A DNA stretch of 64,000 nt from Selaginella moellendorffii (GCF_000143415.4 NW_003314331.1:917169-981168), one strand, 5' to 3'; shown: positions 25,286-38,499, numbered from the stretch's first letter. A program made the numbers and translations. Notes: a model not told the origin generated them from the sequence alone.

Positions 25286-26378
25286 TTGAGCTTAATAAAA
25301 TTAGTCCAATTCACAGCAATTCTTCTTTGTGACGCCAGATGTTGTACAGCGGCTACTCTAACGAGTTCCTCTTCAATCTCCTCCTAGTATCTGTGAGATC
25401 TTCTAATGACAAGGACGAAGGTGGCAATAACGTTTTCAGATGAGATTTCCTGGGGCAGCTCCAAGCAGTAGGCCGGCGATGCGCGCGGCGTCTTCTCCGT
25501 GATCGCCCCAATCTATTGTGATCGAAGCCAAAACGGGCATCTGGATCAAGCTCAGTATGAGAATCAAATGATCATTGCCTACGCGTGCTTGGCGAGTGAA
25601 AGAGGCTAAAAGTTTGTTTGGCTGAATTCTGGAAAGTAGTGAATCAGATGATAAACAGCATTTACCTCGAACCGCCATCTGGACGAACTTGGAAATCTGT
25701 TCCGCTTTGCGCTTCAAAGGCTTACTATAAGAACAGGAGCTTTTTCTGTTCTGTTGTTTTTCTTTTCTTTTTTTTATTCAATTCACTTTCAGATTGAATC
25801 AGATAAAAGTTCCAAGGATTGTGGAATTGAGTCAGTTTTTACTTCTTACCTTTTTATATTTTCTTTCTTTCCAGTCAGTACTGTTATGAGACGTTCCCAG
25901 CACCGAGCTCGCGTCGCGGGGCCATTCGGTGTGCACGTACTCGCATCCGGCGACATGCAAAGACTTGAAGCTCCTCACCCTGCAACGTTCTCGCGAAGCC
26001 CGTAACAAGTTCTCCCGATGATTTTTCTGTGTCGATGTTCGTCACTTGCAACTCATCGCTATCCTCTGATTTAAAGGGTGTTACGGCAGCCCAGTGCGGC
26101 TTTCAAACCGGCTGCAGCCTTGGTCTTAATTGCTAGGGCCTCCATGCGTCAAGATTTTGAGGCAGTCACGAGTATTATTTGATGCTTTGTTGCTTTTGCT
26201 CCTAAGAGCAGATCAAAGCGAAAAATCTTCGGATCTGCAGGTGGCGCTTTATTCTCCACAGAAGGAACCCACCTGGAGAGCTCAGCCCTCGACGCATGGA
26301 TGCCTCAGGAACCGGCGCTTGTCAAGGCATGCAATGGGAGGCATCTAAATAGCAGAGGCTCTACATTGGTTGTCTAGA

Positions 26379-28577
26379 ATGGCGCACTGTCTGCACTGCG
26401 TAGCGATTCCAAGTTCAACGTTTAGGAAGCTTGGCATCAGTGACATCCCCACGAAGAAAATCCCGCTCGGGAGATGGAGTAAAAATACCGCAAGGTGTAC
26501 GCTACAAACTGAGAAGCAGGTAAGGGTCGATTTGTGGTTTTCCTGGGTTCATGTGGCTCAATTGTTCAGTGGATTGTATTAGGGATCTACGCCTTCCACA
26601 GGCAAGGGTGCAGTACCAGGTGTTCGAGATACAGTATGGGACCAAAAGCAGCTTGCTGTGCCAAGCAACCCGAAGCTTCAGCAGAACACGCATGCAGATG
26701 TCATTGTGGTTGGAGGAGGAATCGCTGGTATAAGCGTAGCCTACAATCTTGCCAAAGCTGGCAAACAGGTTGTAGTCTTGGAGGCTCGTGCGATAGGTGA
26801 GTTTCGTTTGTCCTATTGTTCACTTATAGCAACAGAAAACTTTAGGAAGCGGCCAAACGGGCAAGACAACTGCACATCTTATGCCATGGTTTGATGACTA
26901 CTACTTCGAAGCAGAGAGCACCCTTGGGAGTGATAAATTGAACCTCATTGCTGATGCACAATATGGCGCGATTGATTGGATAGAGAATGTCGTCAAGGAA
27001 GAGGGTATTGAATGCAATTTTAGAAGACTTCCAGGGTACCTTGTGCCAGTTGAAGACGACCAACAGAATGCCGAAAAAATCCGTAAAGTAGAGACCAAGC
27101 ATGTTTGGTGGACCTGATTTTCTGATCAGCCGGGTTGATTCCAGGAGTACGAAGCATGCAAACGAGCGGGTTTAAATGACGTGCGGCTCGAGGATTTGAA
27201 ACACGATCCCAAAAACGGAAATTTTGGCATGGCCCTTGTCTTTCCAAACGCGGGGGAGTTCCAGCCGATATTGTAAGCCCGTTTCTTCCCCTTTCATTGC
27301 TTTGCACGAGCTGAAACACACCTTCTGGAAAGGTATGTTAAGGGGCTGGCAGAGGCAGCCAAGAAGCATGGAGCTCAAATCTTCGAGCAGACATCAGTCG
27401 TTCAACATGAAGGGACTAAAGTCGTAACGGACGCAGGTCACACCGTCACAGCCAAGGCTCTCGTCTTAGCTACAAACTCCCCCATCAACAAAAACTTGGC
27501 AATTCATGCTCGACAGTACGCACGACGAAGCTACGTGGTTGGCCTCAAAGTTCCCAAGGGAGCTATCGAGTAAGAAATTGCTTTTTCTTTGAATACTATA
27601 GAGGTGTGTTTTTTCCTACAGCCGCGCCTCATGGTGGGATACAGCCTCTCCTTACCATTACGTAAGGCTTGAGGACAAGGACGACTATGAAGTCTTGGTC
27701 GTTGGTGGAGAGGATCACAAAGTTGGAATTGAGCCGAATCAATACTTGGACCGGCATGGCAGTCTAGAGGCATGGGCTCGTTCTCACTGGCCTGCAGCTC
27801 AGGAGCTACTGTACAAGTGGTCTGGCCAGGTTGGTCTGAGATTGGTGAACAAGTCTAACTTGTTTCATTTTACTAGGTCTATATGCCATCAGATTTCCTC
27901 CATCTACACGGTCATGATCCATTGAACACCGAGAATGTTTATGTTGCGACCGGTGAGTGTTGCCCGTTCTTAAACAAATTGTGTTTACGGATTCGAGTAT
28001 GTTTGATTCAGGTGACAGCGGCCAGGGAATGACTGGTGGCACTATAGCTGGTGTAGTGATTTCGAATTCGATTCTCGGACACAAACACAGATGGGGCGAC
28101 CTCTTTGATCCTTCTCGGTTCCCTCCGGCTTCACTGACCTCGGCCCAAATGCTTGCCCAAGAAGTCGGGGAGAATATTGAGGTAAGCTTCTGTTTTCACT
28201 CGGATTAAGTTCAAGCCACTTCATTACAGGGTTTTAAAAACGTCCTCCCGGGACAAGGACTGACGAAGCTCACCGTGGACAGCATCCTACTTGACGAGGG
28301 AGCTATCATCCAAGAAGGATTGAACAAAGAAGCAGTATATAGAGACTCTTCAGGGAACGTGCAGAGATATTCCGGTATGGAAGAAACGCTCCTTTCATGT
28401 TCTAAAAGTTTACAATTTCTCTGCACAGCTATATGTCCACACTTAGGCTGCGCCGTCAAGTGGAACCCGAGCGATAAGACGTTCGACTGCCCTTGCCATG
28501 GATCGCAGTTTGATGTACAGGGTGTGGTCGTAAACGGACCTTCTCCAACAAACTTGACTCCAATGTCCTACAACTGA
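26379..28577 (+). CDS. FAD-dependent oxidoreductase (DAO family) fused to a C-terminal Rieske [2Fe-2S] domain, YhfW-like; ~9 introns; putative transit peptide
   Basis: [28 protein letters not shown]; [14 protein letters not shown]; [16 protein letters not shown]. Confidence 0.88.
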
Positions 28578-29339
28578 GGAACACACAACGATTTTGTAAC
28601 CCGGCGGCAATGAAACTCCTGTTCATATAAATAATGAAAGATGGAGCAGGAATCATTTTCAAACCTGCCAGCGATGTCCTCATGGAAATCCATTCTCGTC
28701 GCACCACTTACCCTTAGCCTGGTGTTGTCACAAAAGTTGAAACTGAACCAAGAACAGCAAGGAACTTACGACTGGAATCAGACTAAACCCGTGGCTGTTG
28801 TACTGAACTGCTTTGGAATTTGCTCTGGAGCGAAGATCTTTTAGTGGGGACGATGTTGCTTCGTGGACATGGTTGCTGTCCGATCATATGGTATGGTTTC
28901 CACGCTGAGACCAGCCTGGTCCATTCTTCGAGAGAGTGCATCAGTCCACAAATCAACTTGGACTACGAGCGGCAGTTTTGCATGTCAAGGCTCGATACAT
29001 CCTTCACCGCGTCTTCGACACAGCCACCAAACCAGTCTACCCGATAGATTGGCACGCTCAAGCCGATTTCTCCGCAACCTTTCTTACAGATGGGATAAGG
29101 TAAGGAGTCCGTGGTGATATACGAAAAACAATCTTTTTTGTAGATCCTGCTGCAAATGCCGATATAGTAGCGTCGTTGATTGGTGACAATCAGTTTTCCG
29201 TCTCAGAAAATGTCAGCGTATGGCAGCGAAACATCAGGAAACAGAACACTTGGAAGCTTGTCACCTGCATTTCTTTTTTAAAGTTAACAGCTTTGAAGCA
29301 CAACCTGGATGCACGTAGTATCCTCCTGGCATCCACATG

Positions 29340-30600
29340 AGCAGCGACTGCACCTTGAGCAAGCTTCCAGATCCAGCCAAGCTCGAAAACATTCGTCGCA
29401 GATGAATCACAGGTTGCCAAAACTAGTTTCTTACCATCCGCCCAGGAACGCGCAACATCGGCCAAACGACTAGTGATGATAACATGAGGCCGACATTGCT
29501 GTAGCACCTGGACGATTGCAGCTAGAACCCTGTTGTCAACTAGTGACATCGGGTAAAAATCAAGTCATACCAATCACTTACGTCAGAAGGAAGAACTCCT
29601 TTCTTCACTGCTGCAGGAAGAAGAGGTCATCGCAAATTCTTCTGAGCTGCTAGAAGATGAGCTGAGCCTGGGCGAGACATTTTAGAACTACGTAAGCTTG
29701 GCACTGGAGCAGCTCCAATGCCGCATTGGGACTCACATCCAATCCGCACGAAATCTCTCCGCCGCAAAAAAGATAAAATATCGAACCAAAACACGATTCG
29801 AGCTGCCTGCTACTCACCAGGAGCAGCGCGCGTGAAACACTTCTTCGAGTTGCCCGTTTCGGGCAAATGCTGTTATCGTTTCAGTCCGTACCTTTCGGGC
29901 GTCAATGAAAAACCTTTTCGCCTATTCCCTCTACTCAAGCGCAAAAGTAGTTACTGACTGGTCTTGATGAAAATCCAATTGTTGGTTGAGCTTTCTCAGC
30001 TCCAGTAGACCAAGCACAGAACAAATGCAAGGAGCAGCTTGAATCCGTGAGTCGCTGTCCCCTAATGGTCGCACCTTGCTGGATGGATCGTGGAAAAAAC
30101 TAGATCCAGAGCAATCGTTGCCACATATGTCACCAGGCTGCCCGGCCCAGGAACATAAAACCATGGTTTCTCATCGTTTTGAGTTGTGGACTGGCAGATG
30201 TGAGCTTGGTGGCTGCAAAGGACGACCTCGGCAATATTTTCTCTCATGTTTTATGTTTCTTCGTTTTCTTTTTTCTTCAGGCTCGAAAGATTCCTCCACA
30301 CCAGCTACCAACGAATCAAAGATAATGCGGTGAGCGTGGATCGAACACGCGGCCTTCAGATCCAGTCTGGCGCTCTCCCAAACTGAGCTTGGATGGTTTT
30401 AGACAATAACTTCAATATGATTAAGTTAAAATGTAAAAGCATACCTCTACAATGAGAGTTTGGGGGCTGCAGCGATCTCGATCAAACCACTACAGCGGCT
30501 ACTCTATAAATTACTCTTTAATCTCCTCATCCCAGTCGCGTACAATAAGCTTATTACTGTCTATCAAATACCGAAAATGAGTAAAATCACTTGGACCGGA
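29340..30600. repeat. Direct duplication of 62710-64000
   Basis: Identical ORF MPHWDSHPIRTKSLRRKK at 29718 and 63094; same truncated tRNA and PPR fragment. Confidence 0.92.
30326..30389 (-). pseudogene. Truncated tRNA-Phe pseudogene
   Basis: Matches 25213-25285 with an anticodon-loop deletion and missing 5' acceptor strand. Confidence 0.85.
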
Positions 30601-31110
30601 CTGATTGCAGCATTTTCCCAAAACGGGCATCTAGGAGAAACCAGGCAGTGTTTGACGCGTTGTGTGAAGAGAAGTCCATAGCATCATGGACGGCGATCAG
30701 GCCTCAATGTCCCCGGATGTTGTATATGGTACGGTGTCCTGGACAGTGATCGATCCAAAACTCCTGAATCGATCAGGCCCTCAATTTCTTCCAGAAGTTC
30801 CCACAATGTATGGGCACGAGCCGGGACGGAAACCCTGTTCTTATCTCTGCGTGCTATCCTGGACCAGGCAGCAGCTCTTCGATTCGATGCCCGAGATGGA
30901 TCTCATCAGCTCCACGGCGGCGTTCCAGGCATTGCGTGTTTGATTCCATGCCCGAGCACAACGCCATGTTGTTGGGGATCACTAGAGGTGACGCGCTAGG
31001 CTGAGGCGAGATGGGCGATCGCAAGGCAAGGGTGAGCGGGCTGATCCTCTAGGAGATTCCCTTCAACCATCGTGAACGTTCTTGAGAGGGGAGATTTGCG
31101 GAGCTTGTTC
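30470..31110 (+). pseudogene. Deleted remnant of PPR gene 41780-43531
   Basis: ITWTGLIAAFSQNGHL, LFDSMPEMDLISSTAA. Confidence 0.75.
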
Positions 31111-31196
31111 CGATTTACGTAATCAAAAAGGCGAATATGGGTTAAATTAGAAGAGCGAGTTTGTGTGAATTACATGAACTTGGTTACTCCTTTGTT

Positions 31197-32384
31197 TCAA
31201 AGAGGACTTTCTGGTACGGTGACGATCTTGCAACCCATTTCCAGCTTCACCTTTGGTGTGATGTACTCTCCAGCCATGATATATTCGGACATGATCTCGT
31301 AAAAGTGCTCTGTGTAGTGAATGCCATCAAAAGTGAAATACTTGCTGGGATCCTTACACACCGTGTAAACAGCATTGGTCTGGTTCAGTGGAGCACACCC
31401 GCAAAGACCCTCACCATCACAGTTAAATTTGCCACCTCCACCGCAGCATGACTGGAGTGAGTTCGTGAAACCAAACTCCTTCATATTCTCCAAAACATAG
31501 GTGTTTGCTGCAAACCAATCGAAATAATAGACAGTGAGACCTTGGTATTTTTGCGTCAGCTCCTCCGTCAGCCTCTGGATGTTGGTGTTGAAGTAGGAGA
31601 TAATCTGGGCAATCTCAACAATGCAACCATCCTTGTCATAGTGGAATGTACCAGCGGGGTACTGTTGGAAAGATTGGAGATAGTTTGGAGAGCAATCGGC
31701 ACGGGGCATGTTGTAGAGCACAACATGACGAGCTCCGTGAGCATATAGCTTCTGAATTCCATCGGCCAGGCCTTGGATCACGGCCGGGATGGTGACATTG
31801 ATCACGTGGCCGCCTCCCAGTGGCAAACCAAAGTTGATATCGTCCCCTCCAATCTCGACCGAGTAGAGTGCATTCTCGTACCATGGTTTGCTCGCCTGGC
31901 GACCATATCGACCCTCGACAAACTCCTGGTGGCGCACGAAGTCGTCAACCTGGGCGGACAAGACATGTGGGCTCGAGTATGGCTGGTTCTCGACCTTGAT
32001 CACCGTGGCTCCGGCGTATCCAAAGTTGAGGCTCTCGAACTCGGTGCCATTGTACTTGAGGCTGGGAGTTCCAAGGTTGTCGAGGCGGAGCTTCTGGAGC
32101 AGGAGGTCGGGGATGACGAGCCCGTCGCAGTAGCGTCCAGTGGGCTTCCCGTAGGTGATCCCGTATGGGTACCTGCCCGATAAAGTCTTGCCGCCACCGG
32201 CTTCAATGTCGCGGTTGCCGCCATCGCTGAGAGAATCTGCAAAGGTGAAGACTGCGGTTGGACAGATCGACGAGCTCGACTTTGGCGTTGCTGGCGTTGC
32301 TGGCGTTGCTCGTGCCTGAGAAAGCAGCACAATGTTAAGCAAAAGAGCAAAGATTGCAAGAACAGTTCCAGAACAAGAAGCCAT
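31197..32384 (-). CDS. GDSL/SGNH esterase-lipase, secreted, intronless
   Basis: Signal peptide; FADSLSDGGN, PYG..PTGRYCDG, NFGYAGA, EIGGDD, FDGIHYTE. Confidence 0.92.
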   Translation of the reverse strand: MASCSGTVLAIFALLLNIVLLSQARATPATPATPKSSSSICPTAVFTFADSLSDGGNRDIEAGGGKTLSGRYPYGITYGKPTGRYCDGLVIPDLLLQKLRLDNLGTPSLKYNGTEFESLNFGYAGATVIKVENQPYSSPHVLSAQVDDFVRHQEFVEGRYGRQASKPWYENALYSVEIGGDDINFGLPLGGGHVINVTIPAVIQGLADGIQKLYAHGARHVVLYNMPRADCSPNYLQSFQQYPAGTFHYDKDGCIVEIAQIISYFNTNIQRLTEELTQKYQGLTVYYFDWFAANTYVLENMKEFGFTNSLQSCCGGGGKFNCDGEGLCGCAPLNQTNAVYTVCKDPSKYFTFDGIHYTEHFYEIMSEYIMAGEYITPKVKLEMGCKIVTVPESPL

Positions 32385-32639
32385 CACAGCTGATGGATCT
32401 GTAGAAGTGTTGGAGGCCAAAGTTTATATAATGGATCCCAATCTCTTGAACAAGAGCTGTCACAGCTAAAACTAGTTCCATATCCATTTCGAGTTACCAA
32501 GGAGATTGAAATATCTTCAGAGAGTTTGGTAAAAGGTTAATAAGCCAGTCAGCCCTAAAACAGATGTCAGAATTGGCAAACTATGGCAGCGCCAACGACG
32601 CTCGAGTGGAACATCTTCTCTAGGGCTTTAATTCTCTTG

Positions 32640-33110
32640 GTGATCTTAGCCTAGTGAGGTCTTACTTGAGGCTGGAACCTTGCTTGATCGATCCTGACCT
32701 TTGCAGATTGCTACAGACCTTCTGAGAATGTATGGATCGCTCCAGGAGGCTTGATTGGCTGGCGAGAGTCTTAAGAAGTTGGGGCAGAGAGATCTGGTGG
32801 CTTGGAATGCGATGAACGACGCTTATGCCCAGTGCGGGCTATGCAAAGAAAGGCATTTGCGATTCACGAGAGGATGCTTACAAATTCACGTACACGACGC
32901 TTCTCTCCTGCTATGACAATCTGGGCGACGTAGAAAAGATCCATGCGCACCACTGCATTTGCAATGTGGAATCCAGATAAGGTGTTTGAATAGTGGGACG
33001 TGGGGCTGTGGACTGCAATCCTCCAGGACCTAAGGATTATGGAAGCCATCCAAGTGATAGAACAACAAGGTTTCGAGCGAGCAGCTTTATGCTGCCTGCT
33101 CTCCTCCAGA
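32640..33110 (+). pseudogene. PPR remnant (paralog of 50190-52170)
   Basis: LQIATDLLRMYGSLQEA..QRDLVAWNAM..DVGLWTAIL. Confidence 0.7.
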
Positions 33111-36100
33111 TTGTGGAAGGTAATAGTTGTTGATCTGCTCAGGTCTCCAGGAATCACGCACCTGTATACAGAGTGTGATTGACATGTGAATTGCAACTCA
33201 TTTTCTCTTCACAGATCTTTTCTGTTGTATGCCTAGTATGTGCCTCAGCCGCTCGTTGGGTACCCTGGATGGTGGCCAATACATGTACACATGTAGGCCG
33301 GGAGAGTTCTTTCATCGTCTCGTGGACTGCCATGATCACGAATTACCAAGTACGGCCGGAGCGATGGAAAATGAGATGGCCTCCAAGATTGCTTGGTATA
33401 AAAAATCTTGGGTTTAAGCATTTCTATTCAAATTCTTCCGCTTCTATCGGCCTGCTCTTCTTGTGAGCTGGAAAATCTGTTAATCCAGCCCCTGGATATT
33501 TCTGATCTCCCTTCCTGTGCCCTTTATCTATCGGTAGCTACTGCAAGATAGATCCGATGCAGGCTAGATGCTCAATACCTCGAATGCCATATGGCCATGT
33601 GCCTTGCGATCTAGCGTCCTTGCGATCAATCTATTCTGTTCATTGCCATCGATCCTTTCTGATCAAGCCTTTTTCTTTCTGCATGCGTTTTCCCTCGCTT
33701 TGAGTGGCGAGATTTTCATTCGAAACTTCGCGCAGCTTGATCGAATCATCAAAGACACAAGGCCAAGTTTGGACTCCAGAGATCCTCTTCAATGTGTACT
33801 TGCGATGATCGGGGAGAGAGGTTTTGTGGAGAACATATTTCTGAACGAGGAGACTCGAGAAAGAAAATGGCAAAGATCAGGTTCTACAGGGAAAAAAAGT
33901 GATCAGTGCTCGATAGATTCACATACCCTGGTAAGACAGTCAGAGTTGTTTTAAATTCACAATCTTCCACCATGAACTTGAAATCTTTAACCTGTGAATT
34001 ATTATCCACAGTAATATCACAAGGTACATTTGTGTCATATATCTTCCTTCTGGTTTTTTAACTTGGGTAGGTGGTGCAACAAACAAATTTGTGGGGAGGA
34101 ACTTATATTCTTCGATAGGACCAAGCCAGGGGCTTTTGGAAGAAAGGTGGGAAACATTTTCGCAAATGTTCTTCCATCCATCCCAGCTCTTGAGGTATCC
34201 TTCCACTATGCAAGCATATCAAGGTCTGAAACTACAGGCTCCAGTCGGCCATGATCATCATGGCCTCATATCTTTGTTTGAGGATAAGATCACTGACATG
34301 TTTGTGTGTGAGAAAGGATTCATAACTGCACCTTTTGCAATGGAGCAAGAAATTTCTAATGTTTGTTTATTTTGCTAGATGTCGTGAAACAAGCGAGGCA
34401 AAGGAGGACGAGCAAGCGGTGATTGCCGGGCTGGAGGAGGAGCATAGAATCAGTTAGAACGCTCAAATTTCGTGGGTATGACCATAACCGGAGAAAGCAT
34501 ATCAGCTGTTTTGTGGTACGCTTGTTTCTTCCAGTTGTATAAGAATTCAATCCAAGGGCCCCGTAGGAAGTGCCAACTTTGCTATGGCCTCGTCCAGCTT
34601 TATCGCAAAGTCTTAAGGACATCCAGAGCAAGCGAGCGTAAGACGTTTCCCGTGAGTGGCGATCCACCGAGCACCCTCTGAGAGAGCTTCGAGCCTGTCA
34701 GCCGGCACCATCTTCTGGCACCATCCGTCGACTGACTTGGAGCTTGGGAGAAGTTGACAGCGTCTTGTTTAAGGTACATTTTACTAACACGATCTCCCTT
34801 CCAGGAAGAAAGGAAGCGTCTCTTTCCCCGTCTAGAACCCGAGAATTCCTTACCTTGGAAAAACCGGCAGATATCAAGAGCAGGATCATCACAGTTCCCG
34901 ACCCATCGTTTCTTCATCATAAATTTGATTTTATCATTTGGATATGTTTGCGTCTAGAGTTTCGCCAGAGGAGGAAAAATTGGGCTCAACTTATGAGTTG
35001 GATCCTCCGGGTTTGATCGTGGAGTCGAAAAGCTCTATGCGTCCATAGTGTTCCCGTTTGAGATCTCTCACTTTTCCCACTGAACTAAATGGTGAAACCA
35101 TTGTGCTCACCGCTGCTTTGGGTGCTCGGTCTTTTGTTGCTTAAAGCTGCTCTATGCATCAATGCCGCTTGCGCTTCTTTCTCTTAGACCTCGTGATGCA
35201 AGGCGTCTCTGTGCGAGGCCGGACCGAGATCACGAGCTCGAAAAGTCAATGCAGGGTCAATTATAGTCAATGCAAGGTCTTCAAAGACTATGTCTTCATT
35301 TGCTCAAGCTCGATCGCCCCAAGGTCTTCTCGAAAAACCGCCGACCCAGGAATGTATGGTATAAGATTTATTTCTTTGGACCGGAATGTAAACAGCATGT
35401 ACCCCACCCCGACTCGAGAAGAAGACTATATCTGGCGATGCTGCACGGGTACAAAACACTCGGCTCGATCCAGGCTGTAAACCCTAAACCATATCAGGGA
35501 GGAAACTCTCAATAAGAAGGTAAATTCTAATCCGCTCACTCTACATGCTCATTTGGTTATCTTGTTAGTTATGCGCCGTTCTACAGGGCAAAGGGTGGCC
35601 CCTGCCGAGGATCTGGCTAAGCAGTATGGTACCAGGACTTGGCTCATGGTTTCTGAACTCGGGTTTCATAACCGGTGCCCAAGAACGGATGAGCTTGTTC
35701 AGCTGGAAAAGGTCTTGTTCGATGGCTATGGCCCGCGGGAACCTTGGTTTGGAGTAGGTGAGTTTTATGCCATGGCCGTTGGCAAACGCTATATCTGTCC
35801 CGTTTCTCCTTTAATAATCCAAAACGAAGCACTGGAAAACAGGGAACTTTTTGATCAAAGACACCGATCATTCACTTAAGGAGTTTATGGAAACTTGGAT
35901 ACCGGAGCAGTATCACTGGAAAGTTGGCAATGTACAATCCAACCCTCGGTTCCACCAAGTTTGTCAAGCCTTTCAAACGGGATTTTTGCCTTATCTACAG
36001 GGCCGAGTTTATGTGCTTTATGCCAGCGAAATTCATCCAAAGGCTGTTCATCGAATATAAGTTAAAATTTGGTAAAGGTTGTGCTAATAAAACAGCCCCA

Positions 36101-36168
36101 ATAAAGGCCAAAATCATTGATAATTGTTCCCATTAAAAAAAACATTTGATACCCTAAACCTTCACTTC

Positions 36169-36205
36169 TGAGCGTGGATCGAACACGTGCCTTCAGATCT
36201 TCAGT
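36169..36205 (-). pseudogene. tRNA-Phe 3' half fragment
   Basis: tgagcgtggatcgaacacgtgccttcagatcttcagt. Confidence 0.7.
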
Positions 36206-36415
36206 GATCCCTGCTTATCTTCACACATATCACAAGCGTATTAAGTTTTGGCAGCGTTCTAGAGGAGTGAGATCGCTTTACATTGTTAGAAAATGTCTAG
36301 CTGATATAATCTGGCTCAATCAAAACTCACAAGATCACAACATTTTTCCAGCGATTGGCTTTTTCTCTGAAACATGCAAATATATGGCAATGGAAATGGA
36401 TGCCCCTTGATCACT

Positions 36416-36863
36416 CTATTCTCTAGTCAGCTCAACATCAAACAACAGCAAACAACAAACTTGATACTCTCCAAGGGGAGGGGGCGCGCCATAGTGTGGG
36501 TTCCTGTTTGCCTTTGGGCCGTCATAGTCGCTGGTGTGGACCTCTCCAAGGAGCTTCCTGCCGTTGAGAGCCTGGAAGAAAAAAGAGTGATAGAGAGAGA
36601 GAGAGAGAAGAAGAAGAAGAACTTATAGTTAACAACAGAAAATGTGAAACGTAGGAGAAGATTATCAACCTGGCCCTGTTCAGCCAGCAAGCTCGCATCT
36701 GCAAACCAATTAAAAACAGTAGGAAACTAGATTGTGGAGGAAAATAACAAAGAAATGAAATCTATATGTGCCCTCTACCTTTGTCTCCACTAGTAGCAAA
36801 AGCGGCAGTGATGAGCAGGCATGAGAGCAGGGCTGCGAGCACAAGCTTGCGAGAAGGAGCCAT
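36416..36863 (-). CDS. Small secreted PSY-like sulfopeptide precursor, copy 1 (exons 36863-36779, 36698-36670, 36571-36416; 89 aa)
   Basis: Spliced: MAPSRKLVLAALLSCLLITAAFATSGDKDASLLAEQGQALNGRKLLGEVHTSDYDGPKANRNPHYGAPPPLGEYQVCCLLLFDVELTRE; GT/AG sites keep frame. Confidence 0.75.
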
Positions 36864-37429
36864 TTCTATACTAAGAGAGCCTATAGATCCAAACCAGGAA
36901 AGAAAGAATGAGAAATACAAAGGCCACGCTCCCGTAGATAAAGGCCGAGGAGCACAGACTCACACAAAAGCTGGCACAGTCTTCGAAGAAATGCAATTGT
37001 TGTCCACTGAGTGGCCAAAAGCTAACGTGGATAACCATGGTAGCACCACCGTTACCAACACTGGATAAAACTTCGCTTTATATGTTAATAATGTGGAATC
37101 AAGGAGAGTGAAGAAAGATGGGAGAGATATTGACTAGTAGACTTTATCAGGAGAATAGTTGTTGCAATGTGGGCTTGCAGCAATCCTCAGTCTGGAGTTG
37201 GATGAAAGGCTGTTACGGGCTCTCCAAACCTTACAGATCAAAAGGAGATGTATAGCGATGTAGAGCAGACGCGGGATGGAGCTCCTCGAGAACTTTTTAT
37301 GTAGTGCTCTTGCTAGGAACGATGACAAGCTTATAAAAACTTCCACGAAGTATGAGGAACACCCAAGTATTGCCAGAGAAACCGCAAATTGCCCGTTTTG
37401 GGCATTTGCCGCGAGCATTACATTCCACG

Positions 37430-37960
37430 GCTCCAGTCAAACCCAGAGGATCCACTCCCGGATAGTGGACAGCGGCTACTCCTCCACAATTTCCTTATCC
37501 AGTCTTATGGCAAACGTGGCAGTGTCGGCGATGTGTCTCTGCGATCGATCGCCCCAATCTCTCCATCATGATTCAAGCATATGCCCGAAGTGGGCATCTG
37601 GATGAAGAGTGTAACGTTTTTGATCAATCTCATTCTCCCAATCCAGTCACGTAAAATGAGATAATAACTGTCTATGTGCAGCCTTGCTAGAAAAACGTTT
37701 GTTTGATCAAATGCCAGAAAGGAGTGAATCATGGTAACAACAGTTGCCCAAAACGGGCATCTGGACGAAGACAGGGCGGTGTTTGACGCAATGCCGATCG
37801 ATAAGAAGACCATGGCATCGTGGACGGCGATGCTCCAGGGCTACACCCAAAACTCCCGGATTGGTCAGGCCCTCCAGATGTTCCCGGGCCACAATACAGT
37901 CGCCGAGACGCTGTTCTTATCAGGATGTCTCTCAGAGACCATCATCGCTTGGACCCGCTC
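37430..37960 (+). pseudogene. Remnant of PPR gene 41780-43531
   Basis: RIHSRIVDSGYS, VFDAMPIDKKTMASWTAMLQGYTQNSRI. Confidence 0.8.
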
Positions 37961-38039
37961 GACGCCGCCGCTGAGCAATCGAATCTCTTCTCTCTGCCTG
38001 AACTTGCTCTCATATCCAGGCGCTGAGTGCATCGATCGC

Positions 38040-38292
38040 GTGCGCCATTAAACTTGAGGCAGAGTTCCAATGAGCCGGAGCTTCTGGAGCAGGAGGTCGG
38101 GGATGCCAAGCCCATCGCAGTAGCATCCCGTGGGCGTCCTATAGCATATGGATATATGGCTTCAATGTCGCGGTTGCCGCCGAATGCAAAAGTGAAGACT
38201 GTGGTCGACTTTGGCGTTGCTCGTGCATGAGAAAGAAGCACAATGCTAGAAGAGCAAATATTGGAAGAACAGTTCTAGAACAGAAAACCATA
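38040..38292 (-). pseudogene. GDSL lipase 5' remnant
   Basis: GGNRDIEA, YPYA..GRP; paralog of 31197-32384. Confidence 0.75.
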
Positions 38293-38499
38293 TCTGCTAG
38301 CGCCAAATCTATCTCACTTGGTTGACGGTAAGCTAGTCAACCCCGCAGCTGCGATTCCATGGCCGCCACTCGCTGCTCACCAGAAATCGTGCGCCAGGCG
38401 GAACGTCTCCTTGATCGCGAGCGGGGAGGGATTCAATGTAGATGTGCTTTGCATTTGCATTTGCATTGGTTTCGTGGTGGTCTTTGCCAGCCCAGGAAA

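Noticed and set aside
22810-32384. Biosynthetic gene cluster (MBL, FAD-Rieske, GDSL)
   Set aside because: No scaffold-forming enzyme and no evidence of co-regulation; proximity alone is insufficient in a compact genome.
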